Assembly: GCA_964016885.1 (NCBI GenBank)
Contig: OZ024751.1
Coordinates: 9,052,001-9,116,000, forward strand
Source: Eledone cirrhosa
Lineage: Eukaryota
Reading direction: 5' to 3'
DNA: 64,000 nt
Shown: piece after piece, positions 14,927-29,636 of the stretch
Layout: each line of letters starts with the position of its first letter
Numbering within the stretch: position 1 is the stretch's first letter
Made by a program: the position numbers and the translations under genes
Notes under the pieces: model-generated
Seen by the model: only the letters and a program-made list of their open reading frames with translations
Database searches by the model: none
What the model was told of the DNA's origin: nothing

Positions 14927-16221
14927 ATTATATATAACCTAGTCAAAATGTTGTTATCTCGGAACAATGATATCTCATGTTTTGTTATAACGATTCGCTA
15001 ACTGAAATAAGTGGCTGTAGATAGGGAAATTTCAAATTATGATACTAAGTGTAATTCTGGTGATATTTTCTAATTAAAAAAAAGAAGTGAGGCAGTTATA
15101 AACACAGAGCTGTGCTTAAAACAATCCACACGTCTATGTTTATTTTAGTAAATATAATATAATATAATGGTAATTTACTTATTAAAGAATGTATAATACT
15201 GTCTGGAAATAGATCTCTGAAAATAACAAAATAACGTCAACAATGCCGGTCATTTAATTTCAAATAAAAAAAAATATTTAAAAGAAAAACAACAATATAT
15301 TTATTAAGCTAAAATCTAATTAACCTTTGAAACATTTTCGTAATATAAAACCTTGTGTTCTGCAGTGCAATCGTAGAGAGTCTATAGGCGACATCTATTT
15401 AGTGGAGTTAGTGAAGGTGAAGTGTGGACAATAAAAAAACTGAATCAGAAGGATAAACATCTGATCAAATATTTGTTTATGAGACTTCAACGATAAAATA
15501 AATGAAAGGTTATTTTATAAAGAAGGAAAGCCGCATTTTATAATGCAAATATTTTCACGGTGCGTGAATACTAACCACGAGTTTAAAACATAAATCGGAT
15601 ATTCATCCACTAGCTGCTAAAACCTGGCAAATATAGCTTTTTTATTTTATTTTCTTGTTCAATGAAAATCGCTTTACACCAAACCAGTAAGGCATCCCTT
15701 TACAAAGAAGCGAACAGATATTAATGGGATAGAATTCGGGTCGTTTTTTTATGTCAAACATACACACGCTAAGCATCAAAGTTTACAGTTTAGGAACATC
15801 AAAGTGATGAAGGTTCAAATGTATTCGTGTGGACAAACATTACTTAAATGCGACGTTATGTCGCTAAATCTACGTAGCGAATATGAAGGCACAACTGGAA
15901 ATCCCAGTATACAATGTGTGTTACTAAATTATAGAACATATTTTCATAAACACACATTATGTGGAGTGTGCGTGAAAGTCATTATCTAAAATCTCCATTA
16001 ATGGCAATGATAGTCTATTCATTTACGAAGTAATGAATTAATTATACAGACTGAAAATGTTTACTGTTTATCTTCTGGTGAAAAGTAGGTTCAAGCAAAG
16101 TTATTAAAATTTACACACACATGCACACAGAAACACACACATACACGCACACAGACACGTACACAGACACGCGCACACACAAATATGTATATATATATAT
16201 ATAGACACGCATACATATATA

Positions 16222-16280
<59 letters not shown>

Positions 16281-16361
16281 TACATATACATATCAGTGTG
16301 TGTATTGTATACATATATGATAGTGCGTGTATTATATATACATATATGAGAGTGTGTGTAT

Positions 16362-16395
<34 letters not shown>

Positions 16396-16989
16396 AGTGT
16401 GTCTATGCATATGTGTGTATGTAGGAATTTGTACACTGGAATACGTACGTTTTTCATTTATAAAGTGTTGTTTCAAAGCGCTCAACCTCAGCTGTGTGGA
16501 GAATAAAAACATAAAAGGATTTGACACATATAAATCGATAAAATCGATACAAGCTTCAATGTGTCCTACGTATACTTCCACTTAATATGTGTAATATTGA
16601 CCCCTGCCAGACCGAATTAGGAATTTAATGGCAGAAACTGTACTCAACTCTACGGCACTTCGTGAGGTCATTCCACTGTTCCTCACTGAAAGAAACTGTC
16701 ACTGGACAGTATCTGAGTTAATGCCTACACCCTTTTTGCCGAGGGCCCCAGCTGAAACAGACCAGTGTGTAGAGTCTGTCACTTCCTGCTCCTTTCTTAC
16801 TTTGGTTGCTTAATTTTTATTATTTATCCGTTCTTCTTCTATCTTTTTTCTTTCCTTATTGCCATTTATTTTCTTTTATCCCATTTTCTCTAGCTTAATA
16901 CACTTTAAATCAACCAAACTAAAATAACTCATGAATAATCTTTTAAATTGCAAAAAAATGTTGAAATTCTCGTTATATATCCTATAATG

Positions 16990-17182
16990 AGAACGTTAGA
17001 GTGTCGGATAAATGATTAGCTGTAATTCTTACCGCTGTTTATATTCTGCGTTCACACCCCACCCCTCGAGGTTGACTTTGCTTTTCCTCCACTGAAGATC
17101 TATGTAATAAAGTACCATTCGTTTTAATCGGCTTCCCACTCTTACCCGCTTAAAATTTGACCGTGTGCCAAAATTAGAATCA
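16990..17182 (+). mobile_element. Old degenerate copy of the same SINE family
   Basis: GAGGTTGACTTTGCTTTTC..., TAATAAAGTACCA, GTGTGCCAAAATTAGAA. Confidence 0.55.
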
Positions 17183-17644
17183 TTTGTGTTTACTTTAGTA
17201 TCTCCAGAAGTTGAAACAGATTCCTTTAATAAACTTTGGTGGCTGAATCACATTTGACTGTTTCAGGTTGTAATTCATCACACGAAACATCTGTCATTTT
17301 CCTATCACGTTCCCCATGCTACACGTGTGAATGCGATGAAAGTATTGCAAATTAACGAACAAATCGTTGCCTAATACATTAAGGTTTAGCTCTCTTGAGA
17401 TTTATTTGTTGCTGTATTAACGCGTTCATTGAAGGTGAAATGGTAATTGCAAGTAAACAGTGCAGTGAAAGAGAGGTAATACAATATCATGACCTATCGC
17501 TGGGTTTGCCAGAATTCTATGTCGTCATGTCCAGGCATATATTATTCTTACATGCAAAATTCAACAGAATATAAATAGAAGATGGACATTCTATGATGTT
17601 AATACAAAATTAAAGTTCTCTGTCACGCGAAATAGTGCTAACAT

Positions 17645-17722
<78 letters not shown>

Positions 17723-19071
17723 CGTGTATGCTTATGTCCCTATAGATTATTTCGGTTATTATGTTTATAGCGTTCCGGTTTTCCTTTCTTCTGTGCTTAA
17801 AGATGTGCTACTAAATATCAAATGTATACTAACAATCAAACAACTTAATATAAACATTTCTAGAAAACGAAAATCTCTCGACAACGGTAATGGTTTACGC
17901 TTGCTATTTCAGGAAGATTCATGTGAGCTGTGGTTATTATGAAAAGTTTGTAAAATAGAAAGCAGAATTCTGTTTAAATTATTTGTATGAACACGATGAG
18001 GAGAAAATCTTTAAAAGATATATTTATTACATATTACATCTTATTCGGTTGACGAATACAATGGAAGATGGATTATTTCTGTTATTTTGTATATAGTTAT
18101 ATCTTTTATTTTTCAAGTTATATTTGCTATATTTAGAGACTTCTTCATTCTGTTTCAATTGCGTTGACATTTCAGTTTTGGGTAGTTCTTACATTATGAT
18201 TTACAGATTCATTTGATATTATTTACATTTTCAGAAAATCAGGAAAAGAGGATATAGTAGGAAAAATACGGTATAGTTATTGTAAAATGAATCATTCACT
18301 TTTGGGAACTTATTTAAAGAATATTTTATAGAACTTTGGGAGTGGTAGAATTGAAACGTTAAATACCTACTTAAACATTCCGTTTTCTCTTTCTATTTTG
18401 ATATATCCAATTGAAAATCCAAGCCGACTAAAATTGCACGTAACATTATGAAGAATACGCGAAAATTCCAAATGTGAATTTCCTCTGTGAAACAATTGAA
18501 ACTGAAAAACATAGGAGAAAAGGCATAAATGGAACAAATTTTCAACGTGGATTGTTTACTTCCTTCTATAAAATGTGTATATATATATGTATGTATATAA
18601 GAAGAAGAATGCAATCAACATACATTGTATCACATGTCATGTTCCTTCTTCCTAAACATGTATGGAACTCCTATCACTTTCCACAACTCTCTCTATCCCC
18701 TCTTCCTTTATCCTTCCCTCCCTCCCTCTTTCTCTCTACACGTTTTTTTCTTCACATATGGAATGTTATACAGAGGCATACACATACACAAACACACACG
18801 CACACAAACACACTCACACACACATATATATATATAGTTGATTAAAAATCTGCCGACCTTTTCTTTAATAGACGTGATGCACTTCACGGTTTTTATTCAT
18901 CCACAGTTTTATTACAATAAAGAAGAGAAACGCTTTTATACGCTATCTCATAATTTATTCATTATACGTATTTCGTAGACGCAAGGCCGTAATTATATAA
19001 CTGCCTTCCGTCTTCGAAATACGTATAACGAATTAAATAGAGATGTACGAAGAAAACTTTCTTTCCTGTTT

Positions 19072-19524
<453 letters not shown>

Positions 19525-19559
19525 GGAAAAAATGAAACGAAATTACTTTTCCCACTCTT

Positions 19560-20925
19560 AGTACGGCTGTTACTTAAATATAAGTATATACACGACAATA
19601 TAAGTATGGCGCACGACAGCCGATGGTCAGTCCAACATTCCACGCCTCGCAATACACGAACCAATGTGATATCCCTGATATCACGCTTCCTCGTTCAAAC
19701 AAAGTCAATAAGGTACCACTTCTTGGAACATGGATGCATCCAAGTTGTCTTATATTTGTCTTTCTCCTGAAATAGCATGTTCCCAACAAAAGATCCATCT
19801 CAGTGCACATCTGCAACAGAAGAAGGCCACTGTTATTGCACTTACCTTCGCCATGCTTACCCATCACACTCTAAACTTCCAAGTCATTACAAACGCGTGG
19901 ATTAAATTCATCAAGGATGATAATCTTGTCTGCATAAGGTATATAATGGATAACCTCTCTCAAAGTCATGTAGAAACTTAGTTTTTCATCATCACTGGCA
20001 CACATAGTAGGAGCGTTCACACTGACCAGAATCACAAAGAGGTTTTGCATCAGGGGGACTCTCATGGTTATTATCCAATCATTGAATCGACAAGGAAGAT
20101 TTTCCAGATTTGAGACGATTCCATTCATTACAGCAAATGCGACCCCTGCCTCTCTCCTACAACCCTCTCTTCCACCACTCCAATAGAAGGTATATCCGCC
20201 CTTCTATTCTGTGAATCAACGATGTCTATGCTATAGCGATTGAGTTCCCTCGACACCAAAGCAGAACTTCTTTCAGGGCGAGTTTCACTGGACTTGGAAT
20301 GTAGTTAAGTTCTTACATTCCAGCATCTAACATTCAAAGGTTTGAACCTCTTTGCAGGATGACGACCGGCCCCACGCTGCGGTACCATGGGACATCTGCC
20401 GGGCCAGACCCCTTCACAATAAGTTCCAGATCACTTACTGCCATTGACCTCAAGGTTATCATCTGTTATCATAGAGTTTTGTGCACTTTTAGGTTACAGC
20501 CAGCCACACGAACCTGTAACAGATCCTGCACAAGCGATGCCTGTGCTTTGAAGGTTTGTTTAAGTGGGGAAAGGCCTTGCACTCGACCAATCCCACTATC
20601 TGATCATCGAAAATACTACCCAAAAAGGAGAACTGGTCAACATCATCGGATGCTTCCGTAGCCACACGTTTTTTTTCAGAGTGTCCCTCTCCTAGAGACA
20701 ACAACATTCCCAGGTAAAAAAAAAAAAAGTACTATTTGGATGGCCGTTGACTCTGCTTAGTTCTTCGCCCTTTGCTGGGTCTTGTATTTCATCCCACAGG
20801 GTGTCCAAATATCACCCTCCACACCAAGCAAGCTTGGTGGGGTTGCCGGTTTATTCGCCGACGACCCAACCATGAGACAGGTAGTACTGGCTTACATGCT
20901 ACCACTAGCACTCGAGAGCAGCCTG

Positions 20926-20928
<3 letters not shown>
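19560..20928 (-). mobile_element. RTE-clade LINE 5' portion: 5'UTR plus disrupted AP endonuclease
   Basis: Minus-strand translation pieces WNVRT, ALVSRELNRYSIDI, GYTFYWSG, AGVAFAV, LVSVNAPT, DKIIILDEFN, GKCNNSGLLLL, CWTDHRL with frameshifts and stops. Confidence 0.88.
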
Positions 20929-21024
<96 letters not shown>

Positions 21025-21232
21025 GATTATCTTTACACGGCTATAACAATATCTAAAATATACATCACTCTACCCAGGTATTTCGTTTTTCCCGTTTGCC
21101 TATCCAAATATCTGGAGAATATGCGAGATTCTGATATTCCGGGTTTATCTTAAGCAATGAACAAACCACATTTCGTAATCTGCTCAACATATGGCCAGCC
21201 CGCTTACAGCAATCATTAGATCTGTGTCGTCT

Positions 21233-21453
21233 AGGGCCGTAGATTGGCAGTATCGAGAGAACGTCGGACAACGTTTCGCAGCATAGAGTTAATGTTCTTT
21301 ACTATCGGCGTTCAAATTCCACCGTGGTTAGCTTTGCTGTTCATCCTTACTAGGTCGATAAAATAAAGGACCACTGGTAACGCACTGGATCGATATAATC
21401 GACTTTACCCCTCCCCTTCAATTTGCTGTTTTGTGAGACTAAAGTAGAAACTA
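21233..21453 (+). mobile_element. tRNA-derived SINE copy
   Basis: AGATTGGCAGTATCG...GTTCAAATTCC...TCATCCTTACTAGGTCGATAAAATAAAG...AAAGTAGAAAC. Confidence 0.82.
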
Positions 21454-22194
21454 TTAGATTTGTGCGGACTATGAGGTTGCGGTGTTTTCGAGGATTGGTG
21501 AACGCTGGCATCTGATGCCTGGGATCATTATATTATTATTTTTTTTTTTTGTATTTTCATCTCGTGTGACCTCAGACCAAAATAGAAATAGTGTGAAAGC
21601 ATTTGTCGGATTGATTTAACATCTGATATTTGATACCGAAATAGATTCATTATTACGTTTATTCATTTTAACAAACTAATTAGCAATTTAACTAACGTAT
21701 CCTTTGACTTTATCCTTTAATATATCTTCGATTTGTTTTTGTGATGAAAAAACATAAAATCTCTACAAATAAATTTCCCGAAGAACAAACCTAAAAATTA
21801 CAATGTGATATCTAATGGAAATAGATGATATATTTGATAGAGATCACACCGGTTTAGCATTTATCAGCCGTCCCGGATAATCAGGAGATACTATCCAAAT
21901 TCTAAACTTTAGCCTTAGTTCCAGTAAAATGCGTAAATCATAATTATTGTTTTTACCCTGGAATATTTAGATCATATTGTTCTCAGTTACGTTAGAGAGA
22001 TCTTCTATTATTTTCCATTAAATTCCATACGTGTTCATATTTTTAACGTTTTCATTCATTTTTTTTTTATTTATTTAAAGACAACTCCTAACCATAACGA
22101 GGCGTTCACTACAGTACTAGAAATCTTGAATGTTTCTCAGTATGGTATAACTTTGGAGCTGGTGGGGAGAATGTGATACTCTGAATAAAATAAG

Positions 22195-22335
22195 TGTTTC
22201 TACTTTTGGCACAAGGCCAGCAAATATCCAGTGCATTACTGGTACTTTATTTTATCGACCCCGTAAGAATGAAAGGCAACGTTAATCTCGGCGGGATTTG
22301 AACTCAGAGTGTCAAGGGCCGTAACTCTATGCGTT
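22195..22335 (-). mobile_element. tRNA-derived SINE copy (5'-degraded)
   Basis: TGTTTCTACTTTTGGCACAAGGCCAG...TTTTATCGACCCCGTAAG...GGGATTTGAACTC. Confidence 0.85.
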
Positions 22336-23093
22336 GGCAAGGGGCGTAGTGGTGTAGAATCTATCACTTTCTCCTTCCTTTTGATGTTTAATTTCTTCTT
22401 TCTATTACTTTTCCTTTTTTTTATTGACATTTGTACAAGGATCAGCTGAAAGGTCCATAGTCTGAAACATTCACATTCTGACCAAGATTCTCTCATGAAA
22501 TGACCAAATCAGGTTTATTTTGCAACGCAGTCTTTAGAAAGAAACAATGAAGTCATTAATAAGAATAATTAAAATTAATGCGTGCAAAATTTCACATGGC
22601 TAGCAACACTTCTTCATAATCAGCCTATGCGCTTTTCAGCCGGCCCTCGTATTGTGCAGTTTACGTGAAAAAGTTTCTATGAATAATATTTAAATCCCTT
22701 CCTGTTAAAAACAAACTTAATATAAGCAAGAAAAGCAGGTTTTCCTAGTTTTATATCTGGTTTGATTAGCCCTTGCCATCTGAACTGGAGTAGATGTCTG
22801 ATTAAAGAGCATCTAATCCTAAAGGTCCAGTCTTATGTGTTTTCAACTAAATTGTTCAGTAGGTGCTTTCCTTTTAAAAGAAGGTAGGAGATTAAATTCA
22901 GAGCGATTTAACAAATATTTCTAGCAGATGGATTACTTTTGTAAATGTTTCTTCATCAGCTGGTGCGTTAAGGTATATTTCAAAACTGGTACGAAGAATG
23001 ATTTACAATGTAATATTACTTATTAAAATACATACGATTTTCTTCAGAAATTAGTTATCAATATTTTCTATTGACAGACATGGCTTCAGATTT

Positions 23094-23156
<63 letters not shown>

Positions 23157-23162
<6 letters not shown>

Positions 23163-23887
23163 TTAGTTAAGCAAAACAAGACCACCAAATTCACTTGGAA
23201 GACGTTAGTCAAAGAGTGTCAACATAGTTGCAGTTTAACCTTTCAAGGAGTTTCCTCCCTTGAAACCCGTCTCAACTTAATAAGATAAATTTCCTAAAAG
23301 TACCCATCTTGTTACCCATAGGCAGATCTTAATTACTACAGCCTCGACAGAAGCCTAATGCTTGTTTATAGCAGACATTTGAGCTATCCAGGCCTCCTTT
23401 CGTGAGCTGCCAATCTATGTAATCTTACAGACACGTAACCATCTTACTTTATTTTATTTTATATTTTTTATTCCATTTTATCTATATCGATATTTTCATT
23501 ATCTCATCTAACGATCTGAAGAACTGCTCCATAACATTAATTAAGTTACTTATCTTCCTCTGAACCAGATCAATAACGATCTAATAATCAATTGATCCAG
23601 AAACATTATATGGAGTAGTGAAACAATTGTAAACGGACATTATTATTCCTTACATTAAACTACAATTAATGTACACTCTTTATTCCTCGCACTAAGCTGC
23701 AACTATGTTGACACTCTTTAACTAACGTCTTCCGTGAATTCGGTGGTCTTGTTTTGCTTAACTAATGAATATTTCCAGCTCTGTGCACCTAATCTCAGTT
23801 CTCTAGCTGCCTCCCACTGCATATTGCACATTGAGCACATGCCTTTACGCTCTCCATTTCTCTATTTAGGATTGGTTTAGTCTTGAA

Positions 23888-23921
<34 letters not shown>

Positions 23922-23941
23922 TTCAAGACTAAACCAATCCT
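23157..23941 (+). mobile_element. Fold-back pLTR element with HHR, between (TA)n tracts
   Basis: 23157-23237 inverted against 23693-23771; HHR at 23512-23635; terminal ~23 bp mirrored across (TA)n (23868-23890 / 23918-23941). Confidence 0.75.
23512..23635 (+). ncRNA. Type I hammerhead motif with 11-bp stem II enclosing ~75 nt
   Basis: CTGAAGA-ACTGCTCCATA...TATGGAGTAGT-GAAACAATTGT-A; stem I imperfect (CGAT/AACG). Confidence 0.68.
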
Positions 23942-24148
23942 TATTTTATCATGAGTTAAAGGTCTATAGATTTTCCATGGATTTTACTAAATTCTGTGGA
24001 TGAATTTATATCCTGATTCTCTTTTGAGATGAGTTTGAGTTATTTTTCCTAAATCTTTCGTTAACTACTTTTCCCATCTTGACGTTATAGTCGCATATAT
24101 TTTATAGAATGCCGCTAGCTTCTTGCTAAAACAATCTCTATACCTCTC

Positions 24149-24191
<43 letters not shown>

Positions 24192-25057
24192 TTTGCATAC
24201 AAACAATATATATTTTTATAACCCTATGTTAATGATACTCGCAATTATGTATATAGATGTATATTATATATTTATGTAAGTAGGTATATATATGAGAGAG
24301 AGAGAGAGAGGGGGAGGGTAGTAAATGAGATTATATATAAGTTTAGCTTTTACAGTGTGGTCAAATGAAATAGGTTCTGTTTTCTGTAAGATCTATTATA
24401 ATCGTTGGAGTATGTGTTCCAATATGTACGTGATCTAATAAATACGGCAATATGTCCTATACTTTCGTGCCAGATCAGAGGTATATACCACTTTCATACC
24501 AAATGCATTAGCTATATAAAGACAAATATATAGTTTCTAGCAGGAATCGAAACTTCACTGCTCACCAAAACATTTTCTGCCTGATTAATTCAACCAGTTT
24601 CATTTTAAGATATGCATTCAGTTACGAACAGTAATATGAATATTGATAGAATAAAGGCTAACGTGACAGTGTGTGCTCAAATAAATCCATAGTTCGTATT
24701 GGAGCAAGATTTGTAATCCTCTCACTTCAGTTATTTGGATAATGACCTTACAATAGGCAACAACGTTGTCCAAATTTATATCCATCTTTAACCTGCATCT
24801 CAAGTCCTTAGCATATGCAAGAAATCAATTACGAGAAGTCCACCATATAATTTGTACGTTTCCGTAATAATACATATGCATACATACATAAATACACACA
24901 ATGTTACATATACATACTAATGCAAATACATGTAGACATACATACATACAAAGAAAACTAAATACAAATAAATAAATGCCTACACACACACACAACACAT
25001 ACACACACTCATACACACACACATACACACACTCACACGCCCACACGCACACACGCG

Positions 25058-25139
<82 letters not shown>

Positions 25140-26789
25140 GAAAACCATAAAGGAAAGACTGATTACAAGGAAGCAAGTGAAACATTGGAATTTCATTGAT
25201 TCTCCCCATATTATGAGTTAAAAGGCAAGGTAACTCACAGAGCAAATAAGAAGCATTAATTAAGGAAATCTTCCGGATTTTGAACATTCGTAAATGATTG
25301 TTTCTAAACGCCGACCAATGATTAATATCTAACTCAGATACAATAATATTACATCAATTTATAAAACCATAAATATATATTCTCAAACCGACCGTGTAGC
25401 TAGATACGCTGCGAAGCCCTAAATGCAATTCGCAACCATGAATAAATTGTTCATTTTCAACGAATTTTCTCGGTCGTCAATATATAATTATCTCGCTATT
25501 ACTTGCTCCGGTAATGATTTATACATACTTTCAGTATTCATCCTAAATAAGTGCATGATCATTTGTAACATCTGTACTTTATTGAATGTTCAGCGTTAAG
25601 GATATATGCGAGTTATTCTGTAATCAAATATGTAAAATATAATCATTGCTCTTGTGGGAAAAGTACAATAGCCGTTGATTAGAGAAAAGTGAACAGCTGT
25701 TCGCTTCTAGAAATCCTATTCTATTCAAACTTTAACTCTCACTGATTCAATCTCCAAAGAAATGAAAATGAGCATTTTCAAGCCACAATGGAATAACAGT
25801 TTCTTACTTATATTTCAGAACAGATCTGTTACGATATTTGAAAATTCTAGTTGTAATTATTGGGCATTAGAATACATGTATATCTGTAAACACCAGGAGG
25901 TGATCTTTCTGAATTTCGAAGTACATTCAGTCACAAATGAATACATTGAGATTGTTGTTTACGTTTCACCATATTTTATATATAGAGAACTGAGTAATTT
26001 GGCGTCGGTGTTTCTGTTTATGCAGTATACATTAAGAGAAACATCTTCAAAGTGGGTGTCTTCTTTTGTTGAAGTACTGTTCGCAAAATATTGATTTTTA
26101 TTTTCATTGATCGAATCATCCGTATACGTTTCGAGATGGAAAGGGAGAGAACGAAATACTTATTTTATAGCTTTTACCATGATAGAAATAAAAAATGTAG
26201 ATATTACATAACTTTTAATAAAGAAAATTATTCAATTAGCTCGTATATTAAACTATCTATCTGCAGACGCTTGGCATTTATGTCTTATCGGATTTCATTA
26301 GGGCAGGAGTAGAATCTTTAATATGTGGGAATTACAAAAGCTTATAAGAGACACCTTATAAGTACTGGGATTGAGTGTTCATTTATATCTATTTCTTACT
26401 TCTATCCTCACACTCTTCTTTGGAAGAAATCTGTTGCACTTAGGTCTAGAAAGAAAAGGGGCTTCCCAAGGTTTAAAGATACCTCACAAACCGCCGTATG
26501 GTGCCACCACGACTCACTCTCGAGCCCATACCATTCCATACTATAAGAGATACATTGGAGAGAAATGTAAAACATTGGGAAGAGATACGCAAGAAACTAA
26601 TTTGAAATTTTATCTTGTGAAAACTGGTAAACAATAGATAAGGACCGCATTTATATTGAAACTAGAAGTTGATAGGAGTATGGAATACGAACAACAATGT
26701 TGATTTACGGAGGAAGTATGAAGTGCACTAGAATATAATGACTGGAGGACCGCATAAATATGGGTCAATGCGCAAGCGTCCGCAACGGA

Positions 26790-27185
26790 TTTGATGACAC
26801 AGTCGTTAGAGGGTCGGGCCAAATATTTAGGGCATTTGGTTACGAATCCTTAGGTTCTGAGTTGAAAACCCTCTGAAATCATCTTCACCTTTCACTCTTC
26901 TAAGGTCGATAAAATAAAGTACCAACCAAGTACTGGTATCGATACAATCAACCCCTGCACTCAATACATTGTTGGCTTTGTATCTAAATTAGAATTCGTT
27001 ATTCTAATGTACTCCAAATCACGCAAAGGTTTGGTTTGACTTTTATCCTTTTGGGATGGATAAAATAAAGTACCAGTCACGTATGGTGTCGATGCAATGA
27101 TCTTTCCCCTCGCCACAAATTGTTGGCCTTGTGCCTAAATTACTGGGTAATTGCTGGCTTTGTGCCAAATGTAGAAACAATTATT
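26790..27185 (+). mobile_element. Two adjacent degenerate SINE copies (~26790-27000, ~27030-27185)
   Basis: GGTCGATAAAATAAAGTACCA motif twice; tail GGCCTTGTGCC repeated. Confidence 0.7.
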
Positions 27186-28357
27186 CTCATGTACTGGTTA
27201 TTATAAAATATTAAACAAATGATGATGATGACAGCTCGATAAGCCCAATCATGTATTTGATGATGATGATGGTGATGTGAAGCCTTATGTAGAAGAATTG
27301 GTTAATGGAATTTGAAGTAGAGTTGCTTGTTTTGGTGCAAATTTATATATTGCAGGGGTCGTCAATCTCCAGCCATTCAATAATAAATGTTGACAATGAT
27401 GGTGATGAAAGTTACCATGACGAAGATGTTATTGTTAGTAGTAGAGTTGCTGGTGCTGCTAATGAAAATTACTATAATGAAGATGATGATGATATTGTTG
27501 ATGGTGACGTTGCTCGTACTGCTGATGAAAATTATCATGACTAATTAGATTTAATTAGATTTCATCATAATCCTCACTGGTCATTTATAAATATAAATGT
27601 AACGAGAAAGCAAAGTTCTGCTGGTAATATTTGGATAATGCTAATGGAATACACATTCAAGGTAATGTCGTTATTTCTGATTCTGATCACATCAATACTG
27701 GATCTCTGGATCTGCTCCGAATTACGCCAGATAAATTTTATAATGTATAGCAAATTAAATATTCAAGAGAGGATATGGCTGCAACTGTTTCAAAGGTCAG
27801 ATTAATACGAAATGCGGATGGTCTGCATATTAGTGTTCTAGTTGGTATAATCAATGAAACAGTCTGCACGGGAAATTAATATGCAAATCACTGAACATGA
27901 CACGGACTCCTGTACATTCAACGTATTTCTCAGGGGGATTCAGCGTGATACCGAATGTGACAGTTCTAGCCATTCGAATTGCATGTACAACACAGTTATG
28001 CCAGCTGAGTAGACTCAGGGCTGGATTTAGACCTTTGGAGACCCGGAGCTCTTCATGTTAATGGGGCCACTCATACACAAACAAATTTAGAATACAGAGT
28101 CCCCCCCCCCATTATACACATCTATATTAACCGTATATGCTAGACCAATCGGCCACATATGTCTCGATTGTCTATATAACCCCTATAGATATAGGATTGT
28201 CTATTAGATAACCAATCAGTCTAAATTATACACATATGTAGATCGTTCAAAAGTAAAAATAGTTGGATTTATACTATCACTCAAACATAGCATCACATCC
28301 AGTAACAAGAATGACATGCTGTATATATACATAAAAAAAAAACACGTATGTTTAAGA

Positions 28358-28468
28358 TCTCAGATCGTATAGCATAATCTGTTTAATTTTCAGCTCCAGA
28401 AAAATGTATATATATGTATATACATCTATATATATGTATATACATATATAAATGTATATATATATGTA

Positions 28469-28512
<44 letters not shown>

Positions 28513-28789
28513 CATATATATATACATTTATATATGTATATACATATATAAATGTATATACATATATAGGGGCTGGGATTTTTATTATATATTTTTACCC
28601 ATAATCTTGCAATACTTTAGTGTATGTACACTCCATATTCTTCTTGATGAGTCCTTAATAGGACGAAACATTGTCGGCTAATAAAGACTTTTGATGCATT
28701 GAAGGCTTCTTTGTTTTACTTTCTTAATATACATATATATACATTTTTCTGGAGCTGAAAATTAAACAGATTATGCTATACGATCTGAG
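28358..28789. mobile_element. Inverted repeat (28358-28415 / 28732-28789) enclosing a deleted copy of the 44118-family pLTR
   Basis: Arms are reverse complementary; 28583-28725 matches 44885-45075, including TGATGAGTCCTTAATAGGACGAAACATTGTCGGC. Confidence 0.75.
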
Positions 28790-28811
28790 ATGTCCCTGTT
28801 CAAATTTTGCC

Positions 28812-28896
<85 letters not shown>

Positions 28897-28922
28897 CTAA
28901 AAGCTTTCTCCGATAATGTATT

Positions 28923-29002
<80 letters not shown>

Positions 29003-29011
<9 letters not shown>

Positions 29012-29402
29012 TAAAATAACAGATTAAAGTTTGAGCAAATAATATTAGTCTACGACTTCTTTTATACCATAAACGTGGTTTTGTCTTTGCGTGTAATTGT
29101 TTTTCACCGCACCAAATAATGACGTATTATATTCGTTTTTTCCCGTTCTTTGCCAGTGAACGTTTCCACGAACCAAAGTATCGTCTTCCTGTCTTCCTCC
29201 AGTTACTACGTGTTTTGAAATATTCACTTCTGCGTTCACAGATTGACTTTGTTAGTTTCAGAAGATCCCGTTAAGGGCGAAAAGCAGCGATTCTTTGCTT
29301 AAACTATAATCTGTTATTTTAATAAATATTTGCTCTACGGTTCATATATATTTGATATATATTTATCCTTATCGAACCCTCTTTGGATTTTAGTCTTCAA
29401 AT
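29003..29402 (+). mobile_element. Fold-back PLE 3' end, same family as 39295-40565
   Basis: 29003-29043 inverted against 29290-29330; 29041-29322 matches 40284-40565; TA on both sides. Confidence 0.75.
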
Positions 29403-29421
29403 TTATTATTATTACTATATA

Positions 29422-29502
<81 letters not shown>

Positions 29503-29511
29503 ATGTATATG

Positions 29512-29547
<36 letters not shown>

Positions 29548-29636
29548 AATAGATATATATATGTATATATGTATATTTATATATATATGTATATATATAT
29601 ACATGTATGTATATATATATATATATGTATATATAT

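Noticed and set aside
20840-20900. HDV-like ribozyme in the RTE leader (ACC-TGTCTCAT-GGT)
   Set aside because: Loop does not match the L3 consensus and no P1/P2 partners were found; kept only as an unclassified structure
27305-27544. Acidic 79-aa ORF
   Set aside because: Derived from degenerate (GAT)n low-complexity sequence with an internal duplication
28016-28070. CAGGGCTGGATTTAGAC as a DNA-transposon TIR
   Set aside because: No matching opposite end or TSD found in the window
29259-29292. CAGAAGA-TCCC-GTTAA-GGGC-GAAA hammerhead-like motif (also ~40504 and ~40770)
   Set aside because: All three copies have CAGA rather than CUGA and stems I/III cannot be formed; at most a relic
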